Below are positions 51,566 through 61,172 of a DNA stretch of 64,000 bases, piece by piece (position 1 is the first letter of the stretch; each line of letters begins with the position of its first letter). The notes below the pieces were generated by a model. It saw only the letters and a program-made list of their open reading frames with translations. It had not been told where the DNA came from and searched no databases. Origin of the DNA: Candidatus Spongiisociaceae bacterium (lineage in GTDB: Bacteria > Actinomycetota > Acidimicrobiia > Spongiisociales > Spongiisociaceae); assembly GCA_965262915.1 (NCBI GenBank), contig OZ253564.1, positions 4,032,001-4,096,000 on the forward strand, in the 5' to 3' direction. The translations under genes were made by a program, and so were the position numbers.

Positions 51566-52128
51566 TCACCATCCGCTTTCTCTTGTTCTTGTCTTGCGAT
51601 TAGAGCCACCCCGCCATCCACACCGACGATCGTCACTCTCTCACCTTTCGCCAAGCGGTCCTCCCATCTGGCGGGCAGGGCACTGATCCGGAGGCGTTGC
51701 CCGGCCGCTCCCACCACTATCTGCCCCCGCCGCTTGGCGGAGACACCCAACACGACCAGACCGTTCGCTCCCTGAAGGTCCTGATTGGTCACTTCGCTCG
51801 ACGCCTCGGTACGGCGCAACCAAGAAAAGAAGGCGTTGTGGAAGGTGGCCCCGAGCACTCCCATCGCCACCGAGATCGATACACCCGGGAACGGAGATGC
51901 ACCGGCCCAGACCGTGATCACGCCCGCTAGGCCGAATACGGTAGCCGCAAAGGCAAGGGCGCTGATCGACACCCACGAGAACATGCCGCCTTCCGCATCG
52001 GCGTCGACGTCAACTCCCCACGACCCACCCAAGGCGTAAGCCACCATGATGGTCAACCCGATCCCTAATGCGAAGAGGTAGAGGACCACTGAAGCTGCTC
52101 CTGACCTGACGTCGCGTGAACTCCACAA
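51562..52128 (-). CDS. NfeD/YqiJ-like membrane protein
   Basis: Three TM helices plus a C-terminal OB-like domain; overlaps the flotillin start. Confidence 0.8.
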   Translation of the reverse strand: MWSSRDVRSGAASVVLYLFALGIGLTIMVAYALGGSWGVDVDADAEGGMFSWVSISALAFAATVFGLAGVITVWAGASPFPGVSISVAMGVLGATFHNAFFSWLRRTEASSEVTNQDLQGANGLVVLGVSAKRRGQIVVGAAGQRLRISALPARWEDRLAKGERVTIVGVDGGVALIARQEQEKADGE

Positions 52129-52376
52129 TAGCGGTAAGCCGGGGGTTGAGGTCGTGGAAGCAACCGAGCGCGGCGGGCACCGACCAGGGGAGGGTGCTCA
52201 ACAAGCCCCGCCGGCCCGACGCTCGATGACAGAATGCCACGCCAGCGGACAAACGGGCCAACTATGTTACCCGTGCACGTTCCAACGGACCACTACGAGG
52301 GATAGCGCACCGGCACCTGCAAGGGCGCCGGCCGGTGCATGGCGATGGCCGGCAGCCGGGGAAACCTCGGCACGCC

Positions 52377-53663
52377 TCACAGGCTTCCGACGAGGTCCTC
52401 GACCGATTCGACCAGACCGTCGAGGTCCGCCGAGGTCATGGCCGTGGACAGGCAGCCCATACCGCGCGGGGCGAGGAAGTAGCCCCTGTTCATGAGCCCC
52501 AGGTGCAGCAGCTCGGTCAGCGCGGGATCGGCGCGGCCTACCGCATGACTGTCGGTGATCTCATCGCCGGTGGCGTGGATGTTGAAGAGGGAGCCGACTC
52601 CGGTCATTCCGGCCGGTATCCCGGACGCTTCGAGTACCTTGTCGAGCCGCTCCGTGAGCTGTTCCCCGTCGCGGTTCAGTTGGTCTATCACCTCGGGGGT
52701 CAGGGCTTCGAGGGTCTGGACTCCGGCGGCGGCGCTGACGGGGTTGCCGTTGAAGGTGCCGCCCCAGCGGATGCTTCCCTCGATGGGATGGAGCAAGGCC
52801 ATGACGTCCCTCCGCCCCCCGAAAGCGCCGATCGGGAAGCCACCGCCGATGATCTTGCCGAAGGTGGTCAGATCCGGTTCGATCCCGTACCTCGCCTGCG
52901 CGCCCCCCGTGTGCAGGCGGAACGAGATGATCTCGTCGAAGATGAGCAGCGCGCCGGTACGCCTGGTCGCCCCCCTCAGGTATGCGAGGAACTCCGGATC
53001 GGCGGCTACCACACCGCCGGCGCCGAGGACCGGCTCGATGATCACAGCGGCCAGCGAGCCGGCAACGCTTGCCATCCTCTCCTCGCAGCCCGAAATGTCG
53101 TTGAATGGGAGGGTGATCACCAGGTCCCCGATCAGGTCCGGGACTCCCGCCCCCGGCGTGGCGCTGTAGTCGTGGGTGCCGTGGTAGCCCCCTTCGAAGC
53201 GCGCCACGGTAGGGCGGCCCGTAAAGGCGCGAGCCAGCCGGAATGCGGCCATCGTCGCCTCGGTTCCCGAGTTGGTGAATCGGACGTGGTCGACCGAGGA
53301 GACCCGCTCTACGAGCACCTCGGCCAGCCTCACCTCCTGCTTCGTGGGTGACGAGAAGGCGGTTCCGCGGCCGGCCGCCCCCAGAGCCGCGGCCAGGACC
53401 TCGGGGTGGGCGTGGCCGAGGATCAGGGAGGTGTAGTTGTTGAGGTAATCGACTCGGCGGTTGCCGTCGACGTCCACGATTTCGCACCCCTCTCCCCGGA
53501 CCAGGACCGGAGGGTATGGTGCGAAGAACGTGGTTGTGCGGGTGGTGCCTCCTGGGAGCACCACCGAAGCCCGGTCGGCGATCTCCATGGAACGAGGATT
53601 ACGGGCCAGGTACTCGTTGCTGACCTGGCGCAGAGCTTCTGTGCAGTTGAATCCGGAAGGCAA
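52377..53663 (-). CDS. Class III PLP aminotransferase (GSA aminomutase-like)
   Basis: DVDGN, NSGTEAT, GGYHG, LIFDEI and TTFGKIIGGG. Confidence 0.9.
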   Translation of the reverse strand: MPSGFNCTEALRQVSNEYLARNPRSMEIADRASVVLPGGTTRTTTFFAPYPPVLVRGEGCEIVDVDGNRRVDYLNNYTSLILGHAHPEVLAAALGAAGRGTAFSSPTKQEVRLAEVLVERVSSVDHVRFTNSGTEATMAAFRLARAFTGRPTVARFEGGYHGTHDYSATPGAGVPDLIGDLVITLPFNDISGCEERMASVAGSLAAVIIEPVLGAGGVVAADPEFLAYLRGATRRTGALLIFDEIISFRLHTGGAQARYGIEPDLTTFGKIIGGGFPIGAFGGRRDVMALLHPIEGSIRWGGTFNGNPVSAAAGVQTLEALTPEVIDQLNRDGEQLTERLDKVLEASGIPAGMTGVGSLFNIHATGDEITDSHAVGRADPALTELLHLGLMNRGYFLAPRGMGCLSTAMTSADLDGLVESVEDLVGSL

Positions 53664-53755
53664 CGTTTCTCCTAAGCGAGGGCCCGACCGACTCTACCGC
53701 CTGCTCAAGGTCGAGGAGGTAGCCACATAGCTCCGGCGGACAACCGACAACCGAC

Positions 53756-55301
53756 CTAGGGCAGGCTCTCGCACGCCTCCCCGTCACCGTCCCCATCGAG
53801 CCTGGCCACATCCCCGTAGTGCGGGAAGTAGGTGTCGAACCACTCCTGGGCCTCGGCTTGGGTGGAGAAGTCAGGGCAGTTCTTGGAGTTGCCAGGATCG
53901 GGCGGAACCTCGGTGGAGGTCGTCCCCGCTGAAGGTCCCGGTATGTCCAGGGTCGGGGTATCCAGGGTCGGGGTATCCAGGGTCGGGGTATCCAGGGTCG
54001 GGGTATCCAAGACCGGGAACCCCAGCACCGGCATCCGGATGTTCCGGATGTTGAGGGTCGAACCGGAACACTCTCCGGCCACCAGTCCGTGGAGGAAGTC
54101 GGACTCCCGCTGATCCATGGTCAGGTTCCAATTGGCCTTGGTGGCCACCCAGGCCGCCACGTAGGAGCAGGTGAAGTCGGCGTTGGAGGGCATCCACTCG
54201 GAGGGATCACGGGCCCCCTTCGATCTGTTGGACCGGGCCGTCACCGCCACCAGGGCACCCTCGTCGTTGGCAAAGGCCTGCCGACGATCCCCGCTCCAGG
54301 CGTGCGCTCCCGAGTCCCAGGCCTCCGCCAGCGGTACCAGGTGATCGATGTCCAGGGACGACGGGCCCTGCACCCACTCGTCGTCGTAGTACGAGTACCA
54401 CAGACCCGAGACGATCCAACAGGTGCGGTCCGGATCCAGCACGGACTCGACCCGCGAATCCCTGATGAGCACCTCCCGGCGGGTATCGCAACCGTCGCTG
54501 TCGAGGTCACTCCAGTGCGCGAACAGCCGACGGTCGTAACCGGACCGCTGCTCCGGAGCGACGGCGAGCTCTTCGAGAATCTCGATGACGAGACGGGCGG
54601 CTCCTGCAGGACCGCCTTCGGAGGGCGTCTCCTCCGGAGCCGACTGCGGGTGGGGTAGGTGGCAGGCCGCGCCCCGAGAGGTTGTGCCACAAACCGACCA
54701 CGTACACCGCCATCCGGGCCCGGGTGACGGGCTGGTCGCTGCGTCCTTCCCCGGTCGTGGGAATCACGTTGAGCGCCTCGAGGCAGGTGACCGCCTCGTC
54801 GAGTTCCGACTCGAGGTCCGGGCAGCTCTCCCCCGCCTTCTCGTATGTCCGCAGCAGGAACCGGGATATCTGGGACACGGTGAGCTTGGACTCCGGCCCG
54901 AAAGTCGTGGCTGTAACGCCTTTGGTTATCGCCAGGTTGTATAGGCATTCGATGTTGGCGACGTGGGGGCTGCCGGACGGGACATCGGTGAAGGGTGTTC
55001 CCCCGCCGGGACATTGCCTGTCCAGCACGTCCCGCCACAGACGGACCAGAAAGGAGGCCATCTGGGCACGGGTAAGTTCGGCTTCCGGACCGTACCCTCC
55101 GTCCGCCCGCCCCTTGGACATGCCCAGGGTCTTCATGCAGAGGATGTACTCTGCCCCGTAGTCGTCTGTACCGACATCGCTGAACTGCTGGGTGGCGAAG
55201 CTGTCGCACAGGTCGCCGTTCTGGGCCTCGACCACCGTCGGTCCGTGAACGAGAGCCGCGGCACCCAGCGCCACCACGAAGATAGCTGCGACAAACCTCA
55301 C
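53756..55301 (-). pseudogene. Secreted SLH + HNH (DUF1524-like) nuclease + Excalibur protein; single frameshift near 54648
   Basis: Signal peptide, SLH repeats (LTRAQMASFL), GCDTRREVL, DIDHLVPL..N.SKG and NCPDF..LDGDGDGEACE. Confidence 0.8.
53946..54009. repeat. 15-bp tandem repeat x4 encoding (LDTPT)n linker
   Basis: ccagggtcggggtat repeated. Confidence 0.9.
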
Positions 55302-55474
55302 TGCGCTCTGGCGGACCTCCCGAACCCCACTCTAACCAGGGGTTTTGCAACTCCGGGAGCTATGCCGAGCCACAGCTTTCAACGGCTGCGACCGAGACAC
55401 GGATCCATGACACACCGGGCAATCTTCTGCTTGCTCAGCAACTCCGGAGAGTAGGGCTTGGGGGAGGTCTGGTC

Positions 55475-55499
55475 GCGATATAGCTACACGCGATATAGC
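55475..55499. promoter_or_regulatory. Direct repeat CGCGATATAGC x2 in a divergent promoter region
   Basis: cgcgatatagc-tac-a-cgcgatatagc, followed by an AT-rich stretch. Confidence 0.35.
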
Positions 55500-55681
55500 C
55501 TAAATTGGTATTGCTAACACGGCTTAGTTAGCCATGACGACCGATTCCGGATCAATCAGACCGGACCTGCGCGGCGGGCTGTAATCGGTGATGGCGGCGG
55601 ATCGTGGTCTGTGAGGCTCCGGTTGTCGATGCCGGTAGAGTTGTCGATCGGCCGGTATTCGCGAGGAAGGATCACCATCCG

Positions 55682-56689
55682 ATGACCAGTGGGCGCGTGG
55701 GTATGTGTTTCCTCGACCGGCCCGATCCACGCCGGCAGGTGGCGCTTTCCCTCAGGATGGAAGAACTAGGTTACGATTCGGTCTGGGTGTGCGAGACCCG
55801 CACCGCCCGGGATGCCATCTCGGTCCTGGGCGCCATCGCCTATGCGACCCGCACCATCAGGCTCGGTACCGGGGTGGTCAACTCGTGGACGCGGCCCGCT
55901 TCGCTGATGTCGCTCACGTTCGCCACGCTGGACGAGCTGGCGCCCGGCCGAATGCTGCTCGGGATCGGCGCTTACTGGGATCCGCTGGCCTGGAAGCAGG
56001 GAATCGACCGTCGCAAGCCCGTGAAACAGATGCGAGAGTACATCGAGGTCACCCGCCGGCTCCTGGATCTCGAAACGGTCACGTTCGAAGGTGAGATGGT
56101 GGCGGTGCGCGACCTGCGTCTCGACCTGGGACACGGGGTGACCCGGACCCCCAAGCAGGTGCCGATCTACGTCGGGGCCACCGGCCCGCAGATGCTGTCC
56201 CTCTCGGGTGAGTTGGCCGACGGGGTGATGCTCAACGGCTTCACCTCCCTGACCTACCTGGCCGACGCCCTCGCACACATCGAGCGGGGCACCCGGCGGA
56301 CCGGCCGGCACCTGGACGACCTCGACCTTCCCCAGACGATCGTCATCGCCATGGACGAGGACGAGGAGAAGGCGCTCGAGGTGGCGACCCGGATGACGAC
56401 TATGTACCTGGGCCAGCAACCCCACATCGCCCGGGCCAGCGGCGTCGACCAGGACCTCCTGGACCGCGTGCGCGACGCGATGGGTGGTTGGCCACCCCGG
56501 GAGTGCGGCATCGAGGATGCCATGCCCCTGGTACCCACCCACGTGGTCCGCTCGCTTACGGCGGCCGGTACGCCGGAACAGTGCTTGGAGCAGGTAGCCG
56601 CCTATGCGGTCCGACCCAATATCTACCCGGCCCTGCTCCCGATCACCGAGAACTACGAGGAGATCATCGAGGTGTTCGCACCCCGGTGA
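55682..56689 (+). CDS. LLM-class flavin/F420-dependent oxidoreductase
   Basis: GYDSVWVCE, IRLGTGV, GRMLLGIG, PIYVGATGP and GELADG. Confidence 0.92.
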   Translation: MTSGRVGMCFLDRPDPRRQVALSLRMEELGYDSVWVCETRTARDAISVLGAIAYATRTIRLGTGVVNSWTRPASLMSLTFATLDELAPGRMLLGIGAYWDPLAWKQGIDRRKPVKQMREYIEVTRRLLDLETVTFEGEMVAVRDLRLDLGHGVTRTPKQVPIYVGATGPQMLSLSGELADGVMLNGFTSLTYLADALAHIERGTRRTGRHLDDLDLPQTIVIAMDEDEEKALEVATRMTTMYLGQQPHIARASGVDQDLLDRVRDAMGGWPPRECGIEDAMPLVPTHVVRSLTAAGTPEQCLEQVAAYAVRPNIYPALLPITENYEEIIEVFAPR

Positions 56690-57200
56690 CCGGCGGGGGT
56701 CCCGGCCTCCTCGAGACAGCGAGGTGGCGGCACCCGCTTGGCTCGCCGTAGCCGGTCCCTACCACCTACGCCGAGACTGCCAAAATCTCCCTCAAGACGT
56801 GGCTCGAGGGGGTTGACAGCGTCCCTGAGAAGGTGCACCTTTGAAGGGAACCGGACATCGCCCCGTTCGGACACCATGACCAGACACCGAGTACGGCTTC
56901 ACGCGGAACAGGGTCACAGTTACGCCGGACGGTAAGGGCACCGCGCCGAACCACGCCGGCTCACGATAGGCCTGTGTTGATTCAGAGACCCGTCCTATGT
57001 AGCAGCCGCTGACAGGAAGCCCGAGAGAATACCATCTCCAACGAATCGTAGGACTATGTGACCTATAAGAGCGGATCAAGACCGAAAAGGGCTCGACCGA
57101 TTGTCGCAGTCGCTGCCTATTCAACGTCAACCAGATTCTCGCTGACTCTGCACCATTGTGTGCCCTGGCTATCTAACAAACATTCACTGTTCTGACTGTC

Positions 57201-57464
57201 ATGGCTAGGTTCCTACGTTCGGCCTTCAAGCACGGATATTCAGAAGAAGACATACTAACCGCGCTCGAGAACCCGATCAGCGTCGAAGAAAGGCTCAACC
57301 ATGTCGGAGAATCAATTGCAGTAGTATTGGGATTTGCTGTGTCGAGCATCCACCTGATCGAAGTCATGTATGAACGTGAACACACGACAGGCGAACCTAT
57401 AGTATTTCATGCTCAGAAGGCTCCACGGGGAACAGTCGAGAGGTATTCAGGGTCTTGGGGTTGA
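57201..57464 (+). CDS. Small BrnT/RelE-like putative toxin
   Basis: SAFKHGYSEEDIL.A...LIEV...IVFHA pattern. Confidence 0.55.
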   Translation: MARFLRSAFKHGYSEEDILTALENPISVEERLNHVGESIAVVLGFAVSSIHLIEVMYEREHTTGEPIVFHAQKAPRGTVERYSGSWG

Positions 57465-57484
57465 CACAGACCCGGAAGCATGGC

Positions 57485-57844
57485 ATGGTTGACGCGGTGA
57501 TAAAACCATATCCCGAAACTCGAGAGGAACAGGAGGAGCGCCTCCTGAAGCTCCACGAAGCTGCAGAGGCAGGGTGCTTCGACAACGTGTTTGTGGAGCA
57601 AGTCAACTATCTGATAGGTCAACTGCCAGAGGGATACACACTGGACGAAGAGGCGCGTGTTGTTCGCTCGAATCCCAACATGCCGGATCACGTATACGTA
57701 ACATCGCGGGTGAACGGGGTACCTTCCGGACGGGTGAAGATTCCGGTGTACACGGGAGAGCCGTCGCTGCCGGACCAGCGAGCCGCCGATCTCGATCCGG
57801 ATCGTAAGTCTCGCCGGGTCGCAGGTGGGGTTCGGCTCACATAG
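57485..57844 (+). CDS. Hypothetical protein, possible antitoxin partner
   Basis: Immediately downstream, same lower-GC block, acidic N-terminus. Confidence 0.45.
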   Translation: MVDAVIKPYPETREEQEERLLKLHEAAEAGCFDNVFVEQVNYLIGQLPEGYTLDEEARVVRSNPNMPDHVYVTSRVNGVPSGRVKIPVYTGEPSLPDQRAADLDPDRKSRRVAGGVRLT

Positions 57845-57961
57845 GTCCGTCCGGACTCAATCCGTAGGACGCTGAGCCCGGAACCAACGAGTCGACGCGA
57901 CTCGGACGCCTACCGTAACGACCGACCCCCGCCCCGCTGGGCGAGCGCGTTGTGGATGGGA

Positions 57962-58729
57962 TCAGACGGCTACCCAGCCTCCGTCAACGATGAGGGTCTC
58001 GCCGGTGATGTAGCTGCTGCCCGTCCCGGCCAGAAACAGCACTGCGTTGGCGATCTCGGACGGGACACCGAACCTCTTGAAGAGGGTCTGGTCCCGGATC
58101 GATTCGAACAGTTCCCGGTTGGCGGGGTCGGTCCGCAGTTCGTAGTTCATGGTCGACTCGGTCCAACCGGGCGCCACCGCATTCGTGCGGATGCCAAACT
58201 CCGCCCACTCGACCGCCATCACCTTGGTCAGGGCGATCACCCCCGCCTTGGCGGCCGAATAGGCGCCGATGCGGGCGAACGCCACCGGACCGGCGACCGA
58301 CGCGATGTTGACGATCGACCCTGACCCCTGGGCAATCATCGAGGTCGCCGCTGCCTGCGACACGTAGAAAACGGACGACAGGTTGGCCTCGATCGCCATG
58401 CGCCACTCATCCACGTCGAGGTTGTGGAGCCGGTTGAACTTCTGCCGACGGCCAGCGTTGTTGACCACGACATCGAGACCCCCCAGGCCGGTGCGAACCC
58501 GGTCGAGGGCCGATGCGATCTGCTCGGGGTCGGTCACGTCACAGGTCACCGCGAGGTGGGATCCGGCGTCGCCCTCCAGCATGGCGACGGTATCCTGCAG
58601 GTCGTCTTCCGTCCGGGCCAGGGCGGCGACCCGCGCTCCTTCGCCGGCGAAGGCCTGCGCTATTCCACGCCCGATCCCTCGGCTGGCGCCGGTGACCACC
58701 GCCACCTTGTCTTTCAGACCCAGGTCCAT
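57962..58729 (-). CDS. SDR-family oxidoreductase
   Basis: TGASRGIG, NNAG and YSAAK. Confidence 0.93.
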   Translation of the reverse strand: MDLGLKDKVAVVTGASRGIGRGIAQAFAGEGARVAALARTEDDLQDTVAMLEGDAGSHLAVTCDVTDPEQIASALDRVRTGLGGLDVVVNNAGRRQKFNRLHNLDVDEWRMAIEANLSSVFYVSQAAATSMIAQGSGSIVNIASVAGPVAFARIGAYSAAKAGVIALTKVMAVEWAEFGIRTNAVAPGWTESTMNYELRTDPANRELFESIRDQTLFKRFGVPSEIANAVLFLAGTGSSYITGETLIVDGGWVAV

Positions 58730-58753
58730 TGATTCGCTCCTTGCTCGGGTGGA

Positions 58754-59590
58754 TCAGGTACTCAGCTGCCCGTACAGGTCAGGCCGCCGGTCGCGGAAGA
58801 AGCCCCAGTCGTTGCGGATCTGTGGGATGACCGACAGATCGAGATCGGCAACGAGCACCTCGTCATCGGTGTCACTCGCCTGCGAGATGATACGACCTTT
58901 GGGATCGACCCACATCGACGAACCGTAGAAGTGGGACTCGGAACCGCCCTGGTCGACCCCGACCCGGTTCACCCCGCCCACGTAGTAGACGTTGTCGACC
59001 GCGTGGGCCTGGAGTTCCAACTCCCACAGGTACCGGCTCATGCCGGTGGTGGCCGTCGGGACGTAGACGATCTGGGCCCCGTTGAGCGCCAGGGTCCGGG
59101 CCGCTTCGGGGAAGTGCCGGTCATAGCAGATCAGGATTCCGATGGTCACGTCGTACGGCGTGGGGAAGGTGATGAACCCGGTGTCGCCCGGAGCGAAGTA
59201 GTACTTCTCCACCCCGGTGAGGGTGGGCACCGAAACGATGGGGATGTGGCTCTTGCGGTAGATGCCCACCAGGTCACCGTCCGGACCGATGACCGGCGCA
59301 CTGTTGTACAGCAGACCGTCGAGCGCCTTCTCGTAGATCGGAGCGATCAGGACGATCCCCAGTACACGGGCCAGCTCGCGCATGCGCTCCATCGTGGGGC
59401 CGTCGATCGGCTCGGCCAGATCCAGATGGCGGGCGTCCATCTCGTAGGGGAAGTAGACGGTGTGGAACAGTTCCTGGAGGCAGACGATACGAGCACCCCG
59501 GTCCGCCGCCTCACGGACAAGGTGCTCGGCCCTCTTGACGTTGCTTTCCTTGTCGTACTCCGTACCCATCTGGACGAGTGCGGTCCTCAC
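58754..59590 (-). CDS. Nitrilase-family carbon-nitrogen hydrolase (beta-ureidopropionase/N-carbamoylase-like)
   Basis: CLQELF, YRKSHIP, ICYDRHFPE and FFRDRRPDLY. Confidence 0.9.
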   Translation of the reverse strand: MRTALVQMGTEYDKESNVKRAEHLVREAADRGARIVCLQELFHTVYFPYEMDARHLDLAEPIDGPTMERMRELARVLGIVLIAPIYEKALDGLLYNSAPVIGPDGDLVGIYRKSHIPIVSVPTLTGVEKYYFAPGDTGFITFPTPYDVTIGILICYDRHFPEAARTLALNGAQIVYVPTATTGMSRYLWELELQAHAVDNVYYVGGVNRVGVDQGGSESHFYGSSMWVDPKGRIISQASDTDDEVLVADLDLSVIPQIRNDWGFFRDRRPDLYGQLST

Positions 59591-59673
59591 GATCCGGATC
59601 TCCTTTCGTCATCGGCGGTCTGACTGTTAGATGGCGGCATCGGATGCACCGGCAGCGGTACGTCGAGGAATGT

Positions 59674-61074
59674 TCATGATACGAGCGTGGAGCTGCTGAG
59701 GGCAGCCGACTCGGCGCTCCTGACGAACGCACCGTGCGGGCGGGGCGCTACGTAATGACCGCCCCGAACGACGGCCTTGCCTCTCAGGAGCACCACCCGG
59801 ATGGCGCCCTGCAACACGCTCCCCTCGTAGGGGTTGTAGTCGCAATTGGTTACCTGGGTGGCCAATGACAGCGTCGTACTGCCATCAGGATCGAACACCA
59901 CGAGGTCGGCATCCGATCCCGGCGCGATCTCCCCCTTCCTCGGGTACAGGCCAAAGAGCTTCGCCGTGTTGGTCGACGTGATCTCCACGAACCTGTTGAG
60001 CGAGATACGGCCCTCGACAACCCCGTAGTGGTAGAGCAGGCCGACACGCCACTCGATTCCCGGAAGGCCGTTCGGTATCTTGCTGAAGTCGTCCCTGCCC
60101 ACCTGGCGCTGCTCGAAGAAGAAAGGCGCGTGGTCGGTCCCGACCGCTTGCAGGTCACCCACCTTCAGACCGTTCCACAACGGATCGTGATGCTCCGCGG
60201 ATCGGAGGGGTGGAGAACAGACGTAGTTGGCGCCCTGGAAGTCGGGCTCAGCCAGCCGCTCGTCCGTGAGAAGCAGGTAATGGGGACAGGTCTCCGCGTA
60301 GGCGCGTACTCCACGGTCACGCGCCTCGGCCATCGCCTGGACCGCACCCGCCGAGGACATGTGGACCACGTAGACGGGCACCCCCGCCATCTCCGCCAGT
60401 GCGATCCCCCGCCTGGTCGCCTCGTCCTCGGCGATGGCGGGACGGGTGCGGGCGTGGAAGATCGGGTCCGAATCTCCCCTGGCCAGCGAGTCCTGGACAA
60501 GGGCCTCGATAGCGTAGCCGTTCTCGCAGTGCAGCATGATGAAGCCACCGTTCTCGGCGGTTCGCCGCATCGCCTTGAAGATCACCCCGTCGTCGAGCAT
60601 CCATGCGTTCGGGTAGGCCATGAACAGCTTGAAGCTGGTGACTCCTTCGTCGATAAGGCCGTCCAGGGAAGGGAGCATGCTGTCGGGCAGGTCGGTGATG
60701 ATCTGATGGAACGCGTAGTCCACCGCCGCCTTCCCGTCCGCCATCGCGTGCCACTGCATGAGCGACGATCTCGGGTCAGCGCCCTTCTCCTGGATCGCGA
60801 AGTCGACCACGGTCGTCGTACCACCCACCGCAGCAGCCCGGGTTCCCGAGTCGAAATCGTCCGAGACCACCGTCCCCGCCACCGGTGTGTCGAGATGGGT
60901 ATGAGGATCGATACCGCCCGGGAACACCAGATGGCCGGAAGCGTCTATGGTCTCGTCCGCCTCGACACCATCCAAACCCCCGACGGCGCGGATCCGCCCG
61001 TCCTCGATGAGGATGTCTGCAATGTAGTCCTGGGTGGCGGTGACGATCCGGCCTCCCTCGACCAGCACCCTCAT
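59674..61074 (-). CDS. hydA: Dihydropyrimidinase/D-hydantoinase
   Basis: PGGIDPHTH, GVTSFKLFMAY, HCENG, ETCPHYL and TDHAPF. Confidence 0.92.
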   Translation of the reverse strand: MRVLVEGGRIVTATQDYIADILIEDGRIRAVGGLDGVEADETIDASGHLVFPGGIDPHTHLDTPVAGTVVSDDFDSGTRAAAVGGTTTVVDFAIQEKGADPRSSLMQWHAMADGKAAVDYAFHQIITDLPDSMLPSLDGLIDEGVTSFKLFMAYPNAWMLDDGVIFKAMRRTAENGGFIMLHCENGYAIEALVQDSLARGDSDPIFHARTRPAIAEDEATRRGIALAEMAGVPVYVVHMSSAGAVQAMAEARDRGVRAYAETCPHYLLLTDERLAEPDFQGANYVCSPPLRSAEHHDPLWNGLKVGDLQAVGTDHAPFFFEQRQVGRDDFSKIPNGLPGIEWRVGLLYHYGVVEGRISLNRFVEITSTNTAKLFGLYPRKGEIAPGSDADLVVFDPDGSTTLSLATQVTNCDYNPYEGSVLQGAIRVVLLRGKAVVRGGHYVAPRPHGAFVRSAESAALSSSTLVS

Positions 61075-61172
61075 GACGCGCGGTCGGTATCTGACTGTTG
61101 CGCGATCAACGCCCGAGACCCGCTCGGGAAAAGAGCAAGCCACGGGGACCCCTGCCGCTGGCCACTAGTGTG

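Noticed and set aside
52377-53663. hemL
   Set aside because: GSAM-like fold, but no hem context and a divergent N-terminus (NNYTSLILGH type); left as a class III aminotransferase.
56690-57200. Possible ncRNA or riboswitch in a long intergenic region (also 34450-34740 and 42515-42870)
   Set aside because: No recognisable conserved RNA motif or tRNA structure by eye; an Rfam/Infernal scan would be needed.
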